From Bigelowiella natans CCMP2755 (taxonomy: Eukaryota; Protista; Cercozoa), in contig ADNK01000452.1 in NCBI GenBank assembly GCA_000320545.1, positions 8,261 through 72,260 of the forward strand: a stretch of DNA of 64,000 nucleotides, in the 5' to 3' direction. Shown piece after piece: positions 12,994 to 25,686 of this stretch. The notes under the pieces are model-generated. The model was not told the DNA's origin and ran no database searches. It saw nothing but the letters and a program-made list of their open reading frames with translations. The position numbers were made by a program, and so were the translations under genes. Within the stretch, counting starts at the first letter, position 1. Every line of letters begins with the position of its first letter.

Positions 12994-15900
12994 ATTCTGT
13001 GCCCTTATTTTCTGAAAGTGTGCAGTATGCGACCCATACGACCACGCTGCTAATGGCTGACTGAGTTAAAATAGTTGTTTTCACGTTCTTCCATCTAGCG
13101 CCCCACCTGGCTTGATGCTGCTTCTACGGCTGAAGGAGGGTTACTGCCTAAATATCCTTGGCTCCGCATCTCTACGATAATCTTGTCATAGTCGGCGTTA
13201 GCGTCGCGCGTTTTATACAACGACAGCACATGTTCCCAGCTGAGTCCCTCACTCGCAGGGCATCCAACAATGCCGCAGAAACTTGTGTACCTATATCACA
13301 GGCACACAAGTAATATACAGCAGCAGGAAAGAAGACTGCACTCAATCTCAAGAACGGGATACCCATAAGAAGGTGCGTGCGTGTGCGCATAGAGAAGGTA
13401 GGCGTCAGGAAACATGCCTTTTTTGTACTCTCTCTATGGTGAATGCCAGCCTGTACAAGCAGAGTGTCCCATCACCTTTCACGTGTAAGACGCATGCTTT
13501 GCATGAGCTTGAACCAGTGCGTGAGGTCTTCGAAACCCCACTTTCCATCCTCGTCCTGATCCATGTATTCGAAGATGAGCTCCAGCACTTTGTATCTCAG
13601 TGCGGCCCCTTCGTCTCTGCTCTTGCCGTCCGCCCTCACATGCTCTGCGACTCCGCCCTTGCTCACCTGACGAGGAGGGGGAATAGGAATAGGAGGGGGA
13701 GAGGAGGGAAGGGGGTGGTTCTATTAGAACAATAAGAATACGACAGGGCCACAGTGGGAGGCAGCATAGGAGCTGAGAGCATTACGCAATTAATAATTGT
13801 GGAGAATGATAGTGCCATCACAACCCTCCTGATGTCTCTCTCTGCTCTTCATATCTCTCACATCAATAATAGCTCTCCTTTCATTCATTCCATCCATTAA
13901 ATTAACAAGCCACGGGCAACCTCGTCGGCCGTATCCTGAGCTGTCTCCACCCCTGTCTCCCCCCCGCCCCCGCCCCCCCAGCCATCACCAGCCTTCAAAC
14001 GCATGCCAGTGGCGGCGGTATCATCATTTTCGGTGGCCTGGGCGGCGTCGTCGGTCATTTGATCTGTTGGCTCATCGTACACTGGATTTCCCGTGTCTCC
14101 CACTACCCCCTGTCGCCTCTGCATGGCAAAGGGAATGCCAGCGTTGCTTACTTCATCCCCGAGCGCGGCGGGATCATCCTTTTGGTGACCCATCTTGGAG
14201 TAGTAGTGTTCTCTGAGGAGATTTTCCTGCTTCTCTCGGTCTTGGCGCCGCTGCCGTTCCTCCGCCTCGCGCTGTTTTTTTGCAGCTGCTTCTCGCTCCT
14301 TGATGAGGTCCTTATACCTAAAAATGCATGCATACGTATGCGCGATGATGATGATGATGATGATGATGAGGATGATGATGACGATGACGATTTATGGCGG
14401 TGGCGGAAACAGTCGTCCAATACACCTGTCTACAGCACCTGGAAATCCCCCCCTTCCCCCTACCATAAAGCAATGGATATTGCTACAGCTGCTTGATTTT
14501 CCTACTCACACTATCGCCGTTGCTGCTGCTACTACAGTCTACTGCTGCACGCACGTTTTGCGCTCCGAAACGAGCTTATCGTCGTCGCGGGTCTTGGCCT
14601 CCATGTCATTCTGGTCGAAGAAAGTGACGGGGTGGTGCGTGAGATTGAGCCAGTTCATTTTCACCATCGCCTGCTTCCTCCGCATCTGCATCATTTCAGC
14701 ACGCCGGCCCCGGGCGCTTTTGGCGAGGGCGAGCGCCTCTTTCTGCCTCTTCTTCTCCGACTCCTCTATTTGGGGTGCCTGTTGCTTGTACACGCGCTCG
14801 ATCTCACGCTTCGCGTCCAGCTCCAGCTTCAATGTTCCCCTGCGCGTAGGGTCAGTCAGCAGCTCACGTGCCGTAAGCGAGTCGTTCTTCGCATGCCGCA
14901 ACGCAAGTTGAATCAAATCCGCGTCCAAATTATCGAACTGATGATAGATTAAAGACGGCGTTGCATTAGGCAACGGCTACATGAGGAGGGGGGAGCAAAA
15001 GGATTGACGACGAGAGGAGGAAGCGTGGAACTCTACTTTTACCACCGCTAAACAAGCAAAGTTACCTGCTTTTCGAGGGGAAGACTTTGGCGCCTCTCCT
15101 CCTCCTCCTGCTGCTTCATAACTCTCAGCTCCATCTCGATGTCCATGACCTCGCGCTTATCCTGCAGCTGGAAGAGCGTTTGCTGGACGTTGTTGCGATT
15201 TCGACCCAGTGCGAGCCGTATCACCTCCAGTGGAACGTTCTTCAGCTGATCCTGCAGCTTCGTGGCGATGTTGTCGTCGTGGCTGCCGTTGTCGGTGTTG
15301 TCGCCTACGTTTCCAGCGCCTCCTCGATCTGCAATTGATGGTCGATGGTTAGCGTTTCGATGATCTGGAGGTCCTTCCGTGTGAGGAGCGACACCAGCAA
15401 CGCCTTCTTTTCCCTCGGCGCCCAATCCTCCACGACCGCCCCTCCCCCCTTCTTCGGCGGCTTGCGCTGCGGCGGCTTTGATGCTAGCGCTAGAAATGAC
15501 GCCTCCGTGCTTGGACTTGGCCTCCTTGAGTGCGTTCAGGATGGCCATAGCTCGGCCTGTGTGTGTGTGTGTGTGTGTGTACGTGTGTGTACGTGTGTGT
15601 TTCAGCAGGAACAACATCAGTGTGGGCATGCACATACTTTGCTGTACTTCCAATCACTTACTTTGTGGATGCTGCTGCTTCTCGCTACTAGCATCAAATT
15701 GTCGTCGGTCCGCAACAACGGTGGCCTCGGAGGTCGATGGTCCCTCTCTTGCTTGCTCTACTTTCGGCGGCGCATGAGACGAAAATGACGATGACAGCGT
15801 CTGTTCCTCCTCGTTCGTGTTTTGCTGTAGTTGTGGGCCTCTTTCATCATCATCATTAGGATCTTCTTTTTCTCTTTCCCGTTCTTCTCCACCCTCCACT

Positions 15901-16621
15901 GCCAGCTTTCCTTGAAGCTGAGGGGAATTCGTTTGTTGCTGGTTCTTCCGAAGTGAGAGTTTCTGTTTCGCTTTGGCGATTGCCTCGGCGATAATGCTGC
16001 TCCGTGGCGGCGGCTGCTGCTGCTGGTGCTTTCCAGGGGCATGAGACCCCGACACTATTACTGCTGCTGCAGCTCCATCATCACATCGCTTCGCCTTTAT
16101 AGTTGGTATCAGATGATCATGATATTCCTTAGTCATACTATCATCATTATCTTTATCATCATCATTATCATCATCATTATCATCGTCACCATCATTTTCC
16201 TCCGCACCACCCTTCATCACAATCTTGACCGTCGTCGTCGTCGTCGTAGTCTCACGCATCAAGCGTCATACATACCGGCTCTTTCGCGGTGGGGTCCTGT
16301 TTGCTGTTTCCTCCGCTTTCCTCCTCCCTAATAGTTCGCATTGGAGCGAAATGTCAGAGGATACACTGGGAGAAGTCAATTGAGGGGAAAACAGAGCAAG
16401 GAGGAGGGAGCGTTCGCTCTTTGCACGCATGCAGCAAACGATTGCTCACCGTTGACGCCTTGCTTCTCGCAGCATTTGAAGATGCTTATGGAATGTATCG
16501 ACATAAGATGGGGAACTGTCGCCGGCCCCTTTGCTACGACTGCTTTTAAGGTTAGTATCAGCATCGCGTTGCCGTCCATTGCTGTACGTATTCTCTGTTT
16601 GATCTCCTGGGACAGCCTCCA

Positions 16622-16655
<34 letters not shown>

Positions 16656-17821
16656 CCCTGGATTCTTCCTCCTCTCGTCTTCTTCCTCGCTGCTTAACCC
16701 ATCCTCATTCAGCAGCTTTCTCGGTGCTTGCCAGCCGTGCGTGTTCAGGTATTTACTGGCACGATCATAGGCCTGGATGACATCAAGCACACAAGTAAGG
16801 GAGGAGCGGTTAGGCAATCGGTGGGGGTGGTGGTGGTGGTGGTGGTCGTCGTTGTTGTTGTAGTCGTCGTACAACTCTCTTATTCATTCCGTTTCAAAAT
16901 GATCTTCTTCTATCTAAAGAGTTGTTGTTGTTGCTGCTGCTGCTATTGCTGTTTCTGTTGGCGTCTCTCGTCGCCCTCTTCGTTTTCAGGATGCAGCGAA
17001 CGACCACCGCCACCACCTTTTCGATGACGCTGCCGGCTCTCTCCATAAACAGCTGCGGCTTCGACACATGCGAGTAGTAGATTCCTAAGGGGGGTGGTAA
17101 GGGACATCGCAGCAGCACCCGGCTCGTTGAGAATGCAAGATGGCGATCATTGGCAATATTAAGCTCGATTCGTCATTTGCGGCTTTCGCGGGGAGGGAAG
17201 CAATCAAATCAAACCACGCTCGGCGCTCCAAGCTACCTTGCGTTGTCCGTCGAATGTAGAGATGGTGGAGCACAGCAGCCACTCGCCCGCGCAAAAAGGT
17301 GTCGCCCTCCTGGGTTCAGGGTATGATTGCATGAGAACACTCCTCAGGGTAATCGCAACGACGACTCTAGAGAAGAGGCATGCGCTGTTGCCTATTGCTG
17401 AGCGCCTGGCCAAGCATTTAGAATTGCGTTTGGTGTGCGTGCGAGCGACCTGGAAGTAGTTTTTGATGGGAACGTGTGCCTTCTCGACGATGATGTCATA
17501 GATCATTGCCGAGAGGTTTCTCATGGCGCTGTTGGGGTGCAGGCCGTGATAGCGCACGAGCAAGTTGAAACCCGCGGCCTCGACCGCCCTGATTGGTGAT
17601 GGTGACGGTGATCAAGAATACGGTGAGTTTATTAGCTGATGGCAGCAGCAGTAATGACTTTGATGTCCGCGAAAGCAGATGATGGTAAATTATTGCTATC
17701 CACAATTATACCGACCGGCGCCGATAAGTAGATAAATAACAAGGCACTATCCCATAGGAAACACAGAGAAACTTTCGTCATCAACACTGCTGCCATTATT
17801 GATTCACAGCCTACTGTCCTC

Positions 17822-17856
<35 letters not shown>

Positions 17857-18540
17857 TATTTATGGGCGGTCGTTCTTCTCTGCGGCTATTATTACCTGTC
17901 GTTTCGCCTCTCGATCTCGGGTGCATTGTGGTCTATGCCCTCCTCCTTATCTTGATCGTACTTCGATGTGGATCTTCCCTCCATCCTCTTTTCCCTCTCC
18001 CTCTCCCTCCGTTTCTTCCTCTTCTCTTTCGATGTTATCTTCTCCGTCCTGCTCTTTTTCCGGCTGCTGCTGCTGCTGCTGCGGCCGTGTTTTGTCCTTC
18101 GGCTTTCCTTCCTCTTCCGCTCCCTCGTGCTAGTGCGCCGGGCGGCTGCAGTTCTCCCCCCCCTCTCCTTTCTCCTCCGTCGACGGTGGGTATTCTTCCT
18201 GCGGCCATCAACGCTGCTACCTTCGGTCGACGAAGAGGAAGAAGAAGATGATGATGAGGAGGAGGATGATGAGGAGGAGGAATAATAAGAAGAAGAAGAG
18301 CCTGAAGAGGAATAATAGGATGACGATGATGATGACGAGGAAGAGGAAGAGGAGGACGAGGAGGATGCCGTATCCGAAGCTGATCCTTCGGGGCTGCGGC
18401 TACTACTTCTGAGGTCGGCATATAAACATACATTCCAGGAATAAAACCATGAGAAATAAGAACATCATCGAATAGCAAAACAAGTAGTTGTCGAGAAGAT
18501 TCAAGTTCCCCGTACTTACGACTCCATAGTGCCGGTATTG

Positions 18541-18571
<31 letters not shown>

Positions 18572-19855
18572 CAGTGGTGATGGTAGTGGTGGTAGATGTT
18601 GTTGGTGATGATAATCGTGATAGTGGTGGCGGGATGGCCTTGCTTCCTCACCCGGTGCTGCTATGTAGATCGCTGTCGTCGTAGTCGTCGACCGCTACAT
18701 AGCCTGATGATGAAGAAGAAGTAATAGAGGCACATCATTACTCCCTGTACCTACAATGCTAACGAGGTCTTTCTTTCTTTTCTTTTCTTCTCTTCTCTTC
18801 TCTTCTTCTCAATTGTGCTCTGACCTTGCTGCGGCTTATTGTCCTTCTTCTTCTTGTCCTTTCTGAAGGCGTTTCTTCTCTTCGCTCTCTTTGCGCTCGT
18901 CCCCTCCTCCCTCTTTCTCTTCTTCTCCTCGCGCATTCTGGAGAGACGCGTCTCCCTTGTTTCTGTCTTGGCCACCTTTATCAAGCAGACAGAGGAGAAG
19001 GATGAGGAGGGAGGAGGGGAAGGAGACTGTTAAAATATTGTTTTCATTCTTCTCTCGTGACGAAGGCTCCCTTAGGGTAAGACTTCATATTTTAATGTTA
19101 TAAATTTGAAATGTTTCGACAAGAAGGCACAACATAAGGCCGTTTCGCTTGCTGCTGCTGCTGCTGCTGCTGCTGCGCGGCGATGGTCGGTACGGGTATC
19201 TTGAATAGCACTCTAAATGGCTTTCCCACAGCTTTCAACGCCTACAGAAGCCATCATCATCAGCATTCATTATAAGAAGACATAATAATATTCAAACAGC
19301 GAAGCTACTAAGGAACACCAACTACTACTCACGGTAGCTATGCTATGTGCGCACTGCTGTTTTCTCGCATCATCTGCTCTGCGTCCACCTCCTCCTCCTC
19401 CTCCTCCTCCTCCTCCTCTCCCCCTCCCTCCACTAGTTGTACCATGCTTGCTAACCACTACCAAATTTATCACGACCGACCTCAAATGTGTGTGCCACAT
19501 CCAAACGCTCCATGTCGGCGATGTAGGCATCATCGTCAATGCGCACCATCGTCCAGCCCGGTCTCACGCCCAGCTTCTCGGAGAGGCTGCCTGGGGACAC
19601 ACTGGATATCTTTCCGTCCTCTCCATAACCGAGGCCAAGCTTGTATTGTGACACCGACGGGGGAGCAACAGCAAAGCCTTTCATGGAAGGACTGTTCCAA
19701 TCGATCTCCTCCCCACCATAGCCTTCGGTGCCCTTCAACGGGATGGGGAGAGAAGAAAACGATGAAGATGAATGGTTGCAGAAAAGGCTACTTTCACCGC
19801 AACTACAGGCAGACTCGCACTGATGTTACACTTTTACCATTACTAACTATACTAT

Positions 19856-19920
<65 letters not shown>

Positions 19921-20667
19921 CTTCTTCTTCTCCTTCTACTATTACTACTCCTGCAGCTGCTGCCACACCACATTTACTTGTCATTTTTGCTCCTACCTTG
20001 TTTCTACCAGCAGTACCAACGTAGGACGGGTCTTTTAGATCGAAGGTTATCTCTTTAAAGTGACTGTTGCTATGTATGTCGCCAATGGCGGCGCCGTCAG
20101 CAAACCGCATCCCGGGAAGAATGTCCAACGCAGCTGAGCGTTCTTTACGGCTGCCACCATTGTTTCCTTCTGCACCATTTTCGCCATTATAGTCGTAGTA
20201 ATCCTCGTTAATCACCCCCCCCTCCCCCCCTCTCAGCTGAAGAATCTGAGCTGTTGCCCCTGCTGTCTGTGGCGCCTTCCCCACAACCCTTCTTCCATGC
20301 GGGACCAAGATGTCCGCATTAAATTTCCCTCGACTGTAAGAAGCTGATGATGCTACTGAGCTTACTGCTGGTTCCTCAAAAGGGGACATCCTGGAGAAAT
20401 ACAGAAGAAGGGGTCAATTTGACCCGTTCTCGATCGGGCGTGTACCAAGGCATACGCTTCCACACTAATCAAGCACACACAATCGCGCATCTACGGGCAA
20501 CGGCAATGACAGGGCCACGACCTGAACGGAGACGTATCTCTGCCAGGGGGGTTATAATTTCGTCTATGAAGAAAGCATCCCTTCCCATAGTCGCCTCCAG
20601 AAGTTCCTGAGGCTCCCACAACCGCAGAGAGGGCAACCATGAGCCCTGGTAGCCCTCCATGAAGCAT
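10483..20667 (-). CDS. Large multi-exon protein: hydrophobic leader, PDZ, Ser/basic low complexity, two CUE/UBA-like motifs, EF-hand, C-terminal NHL-repeat propeller (may be more than one gene)
   Basis: PDZ: KLGLGYGEDGKISSVSPGSLSEKLGVRPGWTMVRID...|ALKAVGKPFRVLFK (~19180-19650). CUE-like: LQDQLKNVPLEVIRLALGRNRNNVQQTL (~15180-15265) and QFDNLDADLIQLALRHAKNDSLTARELL (~14855-14945). EF-hand: DQDEDGKWGFEDL (~13525-13565). NHL: SPLGITSDGQGNIFAID, FYCPYGLAFDP, GWHDGVGQHAKFNMPAGLAAHPSGIVYACDMRNHKIRKI. The junctions I checked are in phase. Start codon uncertain. Confidence 0.6.
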
Positions 20668-21321
20668 TGCATATCTTGTGAACGACACTACCCAAGTGGA
20701 CACGAAAGTATTAAGATATATTCCGCATAAAAAGTTATCCAATGTACGCAACAAAAGGAGCTATTGGTGTCGCACCTACGAGCTTTCCGGCTCAGCGGCT
20801 TTGGTAGTCTACGGGGTGATTTGTTGACGAAAAGACATCCAAGACCATCTCCTCGCCTTAAAAGCCGAGGAGGCCAAAAATATGTGCATGTATCTCGAGA
20901 GAATATCTGAAAGATTGATCCACCACATCTCCGGGGGACTCTCCGGAGATGACTCCACCAAAGAGCGGCGAACAAGGGCTGAAAACAAGGACAACTAGAT
21001 CTAGATCTAACTCAGGTCTATGCACGTTTCATTTGCGACAAGGGATCAGTTTCGGAAGGAGGTTCAATACGGTAGAATTTACCTTAAATCTTTCACTGCG
21101 ACAACACATCAGAACAATTTCTGTCAAAATGCTAGCGTCGAGATGCCGTTACGAGGCTGAGGGCTGATGATCCCTGCGCGATAGAGAGCACGCACACACG
21201 GCGTTTCGGCTCGTCCACGGTCGAACGAACGAATGAACCACAGGCAGTCTCTGCGAGATCCCCGCTAGCTGAACGAAACCACTCAAAGCTTGTCGAGAGG
21301 GGACTGGGCCTGACACGAGCT

Positions 21322-22215
21322 ATGCCAACGCATGTGATCTACATCAGTCAGACTCCGAGGGTTCCCAGGGTGATCTACAGCCGATATGTTAAACATTGCT
21401 TCGTCTTTCTATCTCTATGTTGTTATTTCGCGGGAAAAACAGCTCCTCTGAGTTCCTTTTGCCCCACATTCTCGTCGGTAGGATATGAACACAGTTGTGA
21501 CACCCCGTACGCAACAGTTGAAGGAGAAGAATTGGAGTAATTTGTACCAGGTCATCATGCATCGTGCCGTTAATATATCTTCACAATTTCCTCCCCGACC
21601 GCAAAAACGGAAGAGGTGAAGATTCATCTCACACAGTTGACATAATCTTCTTGATGTCGTTATCATCTCAGAATGACCTCCCCATGCGGGAATATCCTCG
21701 CCCAGTGAGCTCTCGCAAGTTCCTCGAGATATATAAATATAAACCATCGTCACGGCACCGAAGAAACACTGTAATGACAAGCACCATGAAAAACATTGCA
21801 AGCACTCTGATTTTTACGCGTGTGCTTGACTGTGAGACTTATGTATGTTTTTCCTGCCCATCCTCAATTCCCTCATCATGCTATTTCTGCCAGCTGATTC
21901 CGAAGATGGAAAGGAAAAAAGCGAAACAACATCCGCCATTTCGTCCCATAACCCCCTTCAAGCCAGTTAAACAGGATACGAGACCCCCGTGGAATAACAC
22001 CGACACAAAGGTAATCAACATAATCGGCTTTCATTCATATTCCAGAAAGCTACACACGCTCATACACTTAATCACTCACACTGGTTGTTGTATGGCCAAT
22101 AGGCACATTCGAATAGAGATAGATGCTGGCAAACGAGAATATTTTTCGACGACCTGCCAAAGGTGGGTAACATGAATGTATCCATAAATGTTTACATGAT
22201 GTATATGTTTATACG

Positions 22216-22246
<31 letters not shown>

Positions 22247-23079
22247 ATACATATAGAAACAACACAAGGTCTATCTCTACATAAATATTTTCCTTACTTT
22301 TATGTGCAAGCTTCATATGCCGCTTTCACCGCTTCTAATTTCATCATCTTCTTTCTTCTTTATTATCGTTATTTATCATCATAATCGATACCGCATACGC
22401 TTTAGATTTCTGTAACCAACTTTACACCTCGCCACCTACGCAATAGCAAAAAGGTACTACACTTTGAAATTGATCTCTAGATGATAGAGGTATATCGCAG
22501 AATTAGACAACACACTTATAAATTAATTCCAAATTGAAATACGCACACACACACACACTGAATATGTAAAAAGATTTAAAAAATCTCTGTTGAAGTTTCC
22601 CGATGTTTTCCTCATGCCTAATCAATGACAGGAGCTGCAGCCTCTTTTCGTAGAAGCTGGCCAAAAGAGGGAGTTATGTGGGCCATTTTCTTGTCCTGCT
22701 TTCAAGACGAAGGTTGTACGTCATGTATCAACATACAGCACAACCCCCCCCCTCACCCCCCTCACACACACACACACACACACACACATATTTACAGTTA
22801 TAGATCTACATTGTTTGCGTGTATTCTGTACATGCAATTGCAACCACTGCTATATCGACATGTGAGCCGAAAGATGTTACATGCGCAAGTATTCCACTTC
22901 TACTATATCTGATTGGTGTCTCATGCTCCCCTACTATTTTCCAGGACAAACATTTTTTTCAGAGCAGAGGAAACACCCATAGGGGCTCAGGTCGTGGTGA
23001 TGTATCGGGAGACAAAAAAAGGGAGAAATATAAATCGAGATCCTCAACTGCCCGTACCACGCACATGCTCTCCAACTAG
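21322..23079 (+). CDS. Hypothetical spliced protein
   Basis: Series of AG..GT-bounded exon-like segments (~21893-22010, ~22103-22162, ~22632-22712, ~22944-23079) separated by (TA)n/(CA)n introns. No recognisable domain. Confidence 0.3.
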
Positions 23080-24482
23080 TAACAGCGTTAGCTTGCAATG
23101 TATTATTTGATTTGATTGGTTGTCTCATGACGATGTGAATCGCGTTTCGACATGTAAGAGGACACAAAATGAAGGAAAAAGTGAAGAAAAATTTCTGTTT
23201 GTGTTTCGCGCTTTCATTCGTATGCGCACCAATCTCACTGCCACCATGAATTTTGTGCAAGCTTGTGCGCACTGCTCAAATTATGCATGAAACAATATAA
23301 CAAGCAAGCTGGACATGGTGCATTTCTGCATTTGCGCATGTCCGCTGCATGCGAGTGCTGTCAGCGGTGCGTGCATGGCGACCTAGCTTGGTGCTTTGAC
23401 AAATGCGTATAATGCGTATATGCGGAGCCGTGTAATGTGTGCGATGCGAACGCAGCGCGTGACGACATAATGACGCGTGGACGACATCGTTGACAAGTCA
23501 TTACAATGTAATGCGAGCTGAAATGCGATCAACATCCACTGCATGGTTTGACATTGGCACGTCGTGTGCACACGTAGCTGATGACACGGATGGAATGAAT
23601 TGATGAAATCTTTTCAATTGTCATCCTGATGTAGCTGTGCACACGTAGCTTGTAGACATGTATCGCATGCTCTATCGATTGATTTCAACACGAGCTAGCC
23701 AGATAGAGGAAGAAATAGGTCAGATATTATAGACACAAAGTTTATACATTATATACATTATTTACATTAAATAAACCATGTCTCATATTCGCAATGAATA
23801 AAGGCGGGATTATCACTGGGGAAATCGGCGTGAAGGGAGCTTCTGATCACTGGGGATGAAGTAGGAATAAGTCGGGTCTCATGTCGGGAAGAGGGTGGGA
23901 TAGAGGGATAGAGCGATCTGAGGGATTCGACATTAGAGAGGGGCCAGGTTTTTCTTTGAGAGGTCAACCGAGCGGCGACACACCACCTAATAAAATATCA
24001 CTGACAGTTATCAGTGTTAACATAGGTCAATCAAAAGTTTAGTTTGAACAAAATACGAGGGCTAAATCTCATAGACATTGCACAATGAACGAGTGGGTTG
24101 GAGATGGCACACATTACATAAGAAAGATGTGTGATGGAAAAACAAATACTTCCATTCCAGTTTTTCAATTAAATTAGTTTAATACCCGTTCATTAAATTT
24201 CTATATAATCTTCTAGAACTTTAGATAAAACAACGTATAGATTTTATTTATTTTATCAACGTCTACCCCCACTACCTCTCACAGACAAAAACAAACACAT
24301 ACAAAAATATTTGATTGATTTCCAGACTGAACAGCACAGGGGAGCAGATAGTAAGCCTTTCCCCGCTGTTAATCAGAATTTCAACCATAACGTTTGATTT
24401 ACGGGCTGTAGAACGCTTAATGATGCATATGATAAACGCATAAAGCTGCCTGATGAAACAACCCGATTTGCATACGTACGTA

Positions 24483-24513
<31 letters not shown>

Positions 24514-24529
24514 CTTATCATTTGTTACA

Positions 24530-25650
24530 TTAGGAATACGAAGAATTTCCAGCTTGGTGTCGCATTGTTAGCTTGAGTGAGGGGTCGGATCTATCACCGG
24601 GAACGAGTGGGGAGAGAGAGAAGACGCATCGCTAGAAGAGGATTTGGATGATTCTCTTGGGACGGTGCATGAGTTGAAGGAGGGTTTATTACTACAGGGA
24701 TGTGTAGTAGATAGATCTAGGGGACGCAAGGTGCGTGTGTTACGAGGCACTCCAGAGGACATTTTACAAAGCATGTCGTAGGTAAAAACTCGCATGGATT
24801 TTCTGCCTGCAAACGGCCATTTATGCAGGCGATTTGCTAGATGATGGCGAAATGGAATGTGGTATTCCAGCGGTGTTTAGCATCAGAAAGAGAAATGGCC
24901 GAAGAAATAATATAGACCTAGATCTAGACATCGATGAGCAGGCTTCCGTTTCAAATTCAAAAAGCAAGGTATGCCCACGGGGTATTCACAGTAACATCCT
25001 GTTGTCGTTGTCTGAAAATGTCCTGGAATCCCGGTGAAACATTTTCAAAAAAAAATTCGTTTCTCTCTGAGTGTTCCCTAATGCGACCGTTCCTTAATGC
25101 GCCCCAGACTCTACAGTACCTGTACTCGTAGGAAATTAGGAAAATCCTTAAGTCCGACATCTACTCAGGAAATAGGTCGTCTGTCGACGCATTTTAATCT
25201 TGCGACAAATCTTGAATTTAGATCTACACACCAGAAAAATTATTCCCCGTTTCTACGAACGAGTAGTCTACAGAGGCGAGAAGGGCTTTTGTGTAATGTA
25301 ACCGTCGGGAAACGGGTTAATCTCCCATCTATGCTGTCAAATGATGTAAATTGGGCATGACGCAGACTCTGAATCCATCCAAAGCTTGGATCTATCCATC
25401 TAATCTTGGCCATATTGAAAATCCTATACGAGACCAAGGTAGGAAATCCTGAAATCCATCAAAATGTAATGACTTGCTGTAACATGGGCCAGATTGAGGG
25501 CATTTAAGAGCAATTGGACCATGTTCAAAAGGACTAGAAGCATTCAGTCGCCATTTTTTTGCTACGCAACCTGCTGCATCCTCCATCCTCCCTGAGACAC
25601 ATCCCTCTGATAAACGTCCTAAAAATGAGGGTGATACTTCCATAGGCTAT
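24530..25650 (+). CDS. Hypothetical spliced protein or gene remnant
   Basis: Exon-like frames (…EREDASLEEDLDDSLGTVHELKEG…, LDDGEMECGIPAVFSIRKRNG…SK|, KSLSPTSTQEIGRLSTHF…). No family recognised. Confidence 0.25.
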
Positions 25651-25686
25651 TAAGCACGTAGTTGCTAGCCCAGGAGGAGTAGGTGC

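Noticed and set aside
21200-25650. Possible transposon or viral insert between the two giant genes
   Set aside because: I saw no RT, integrase or transposase motifs and no terminal repeats; splice signals suggest ordinary orphan genes.
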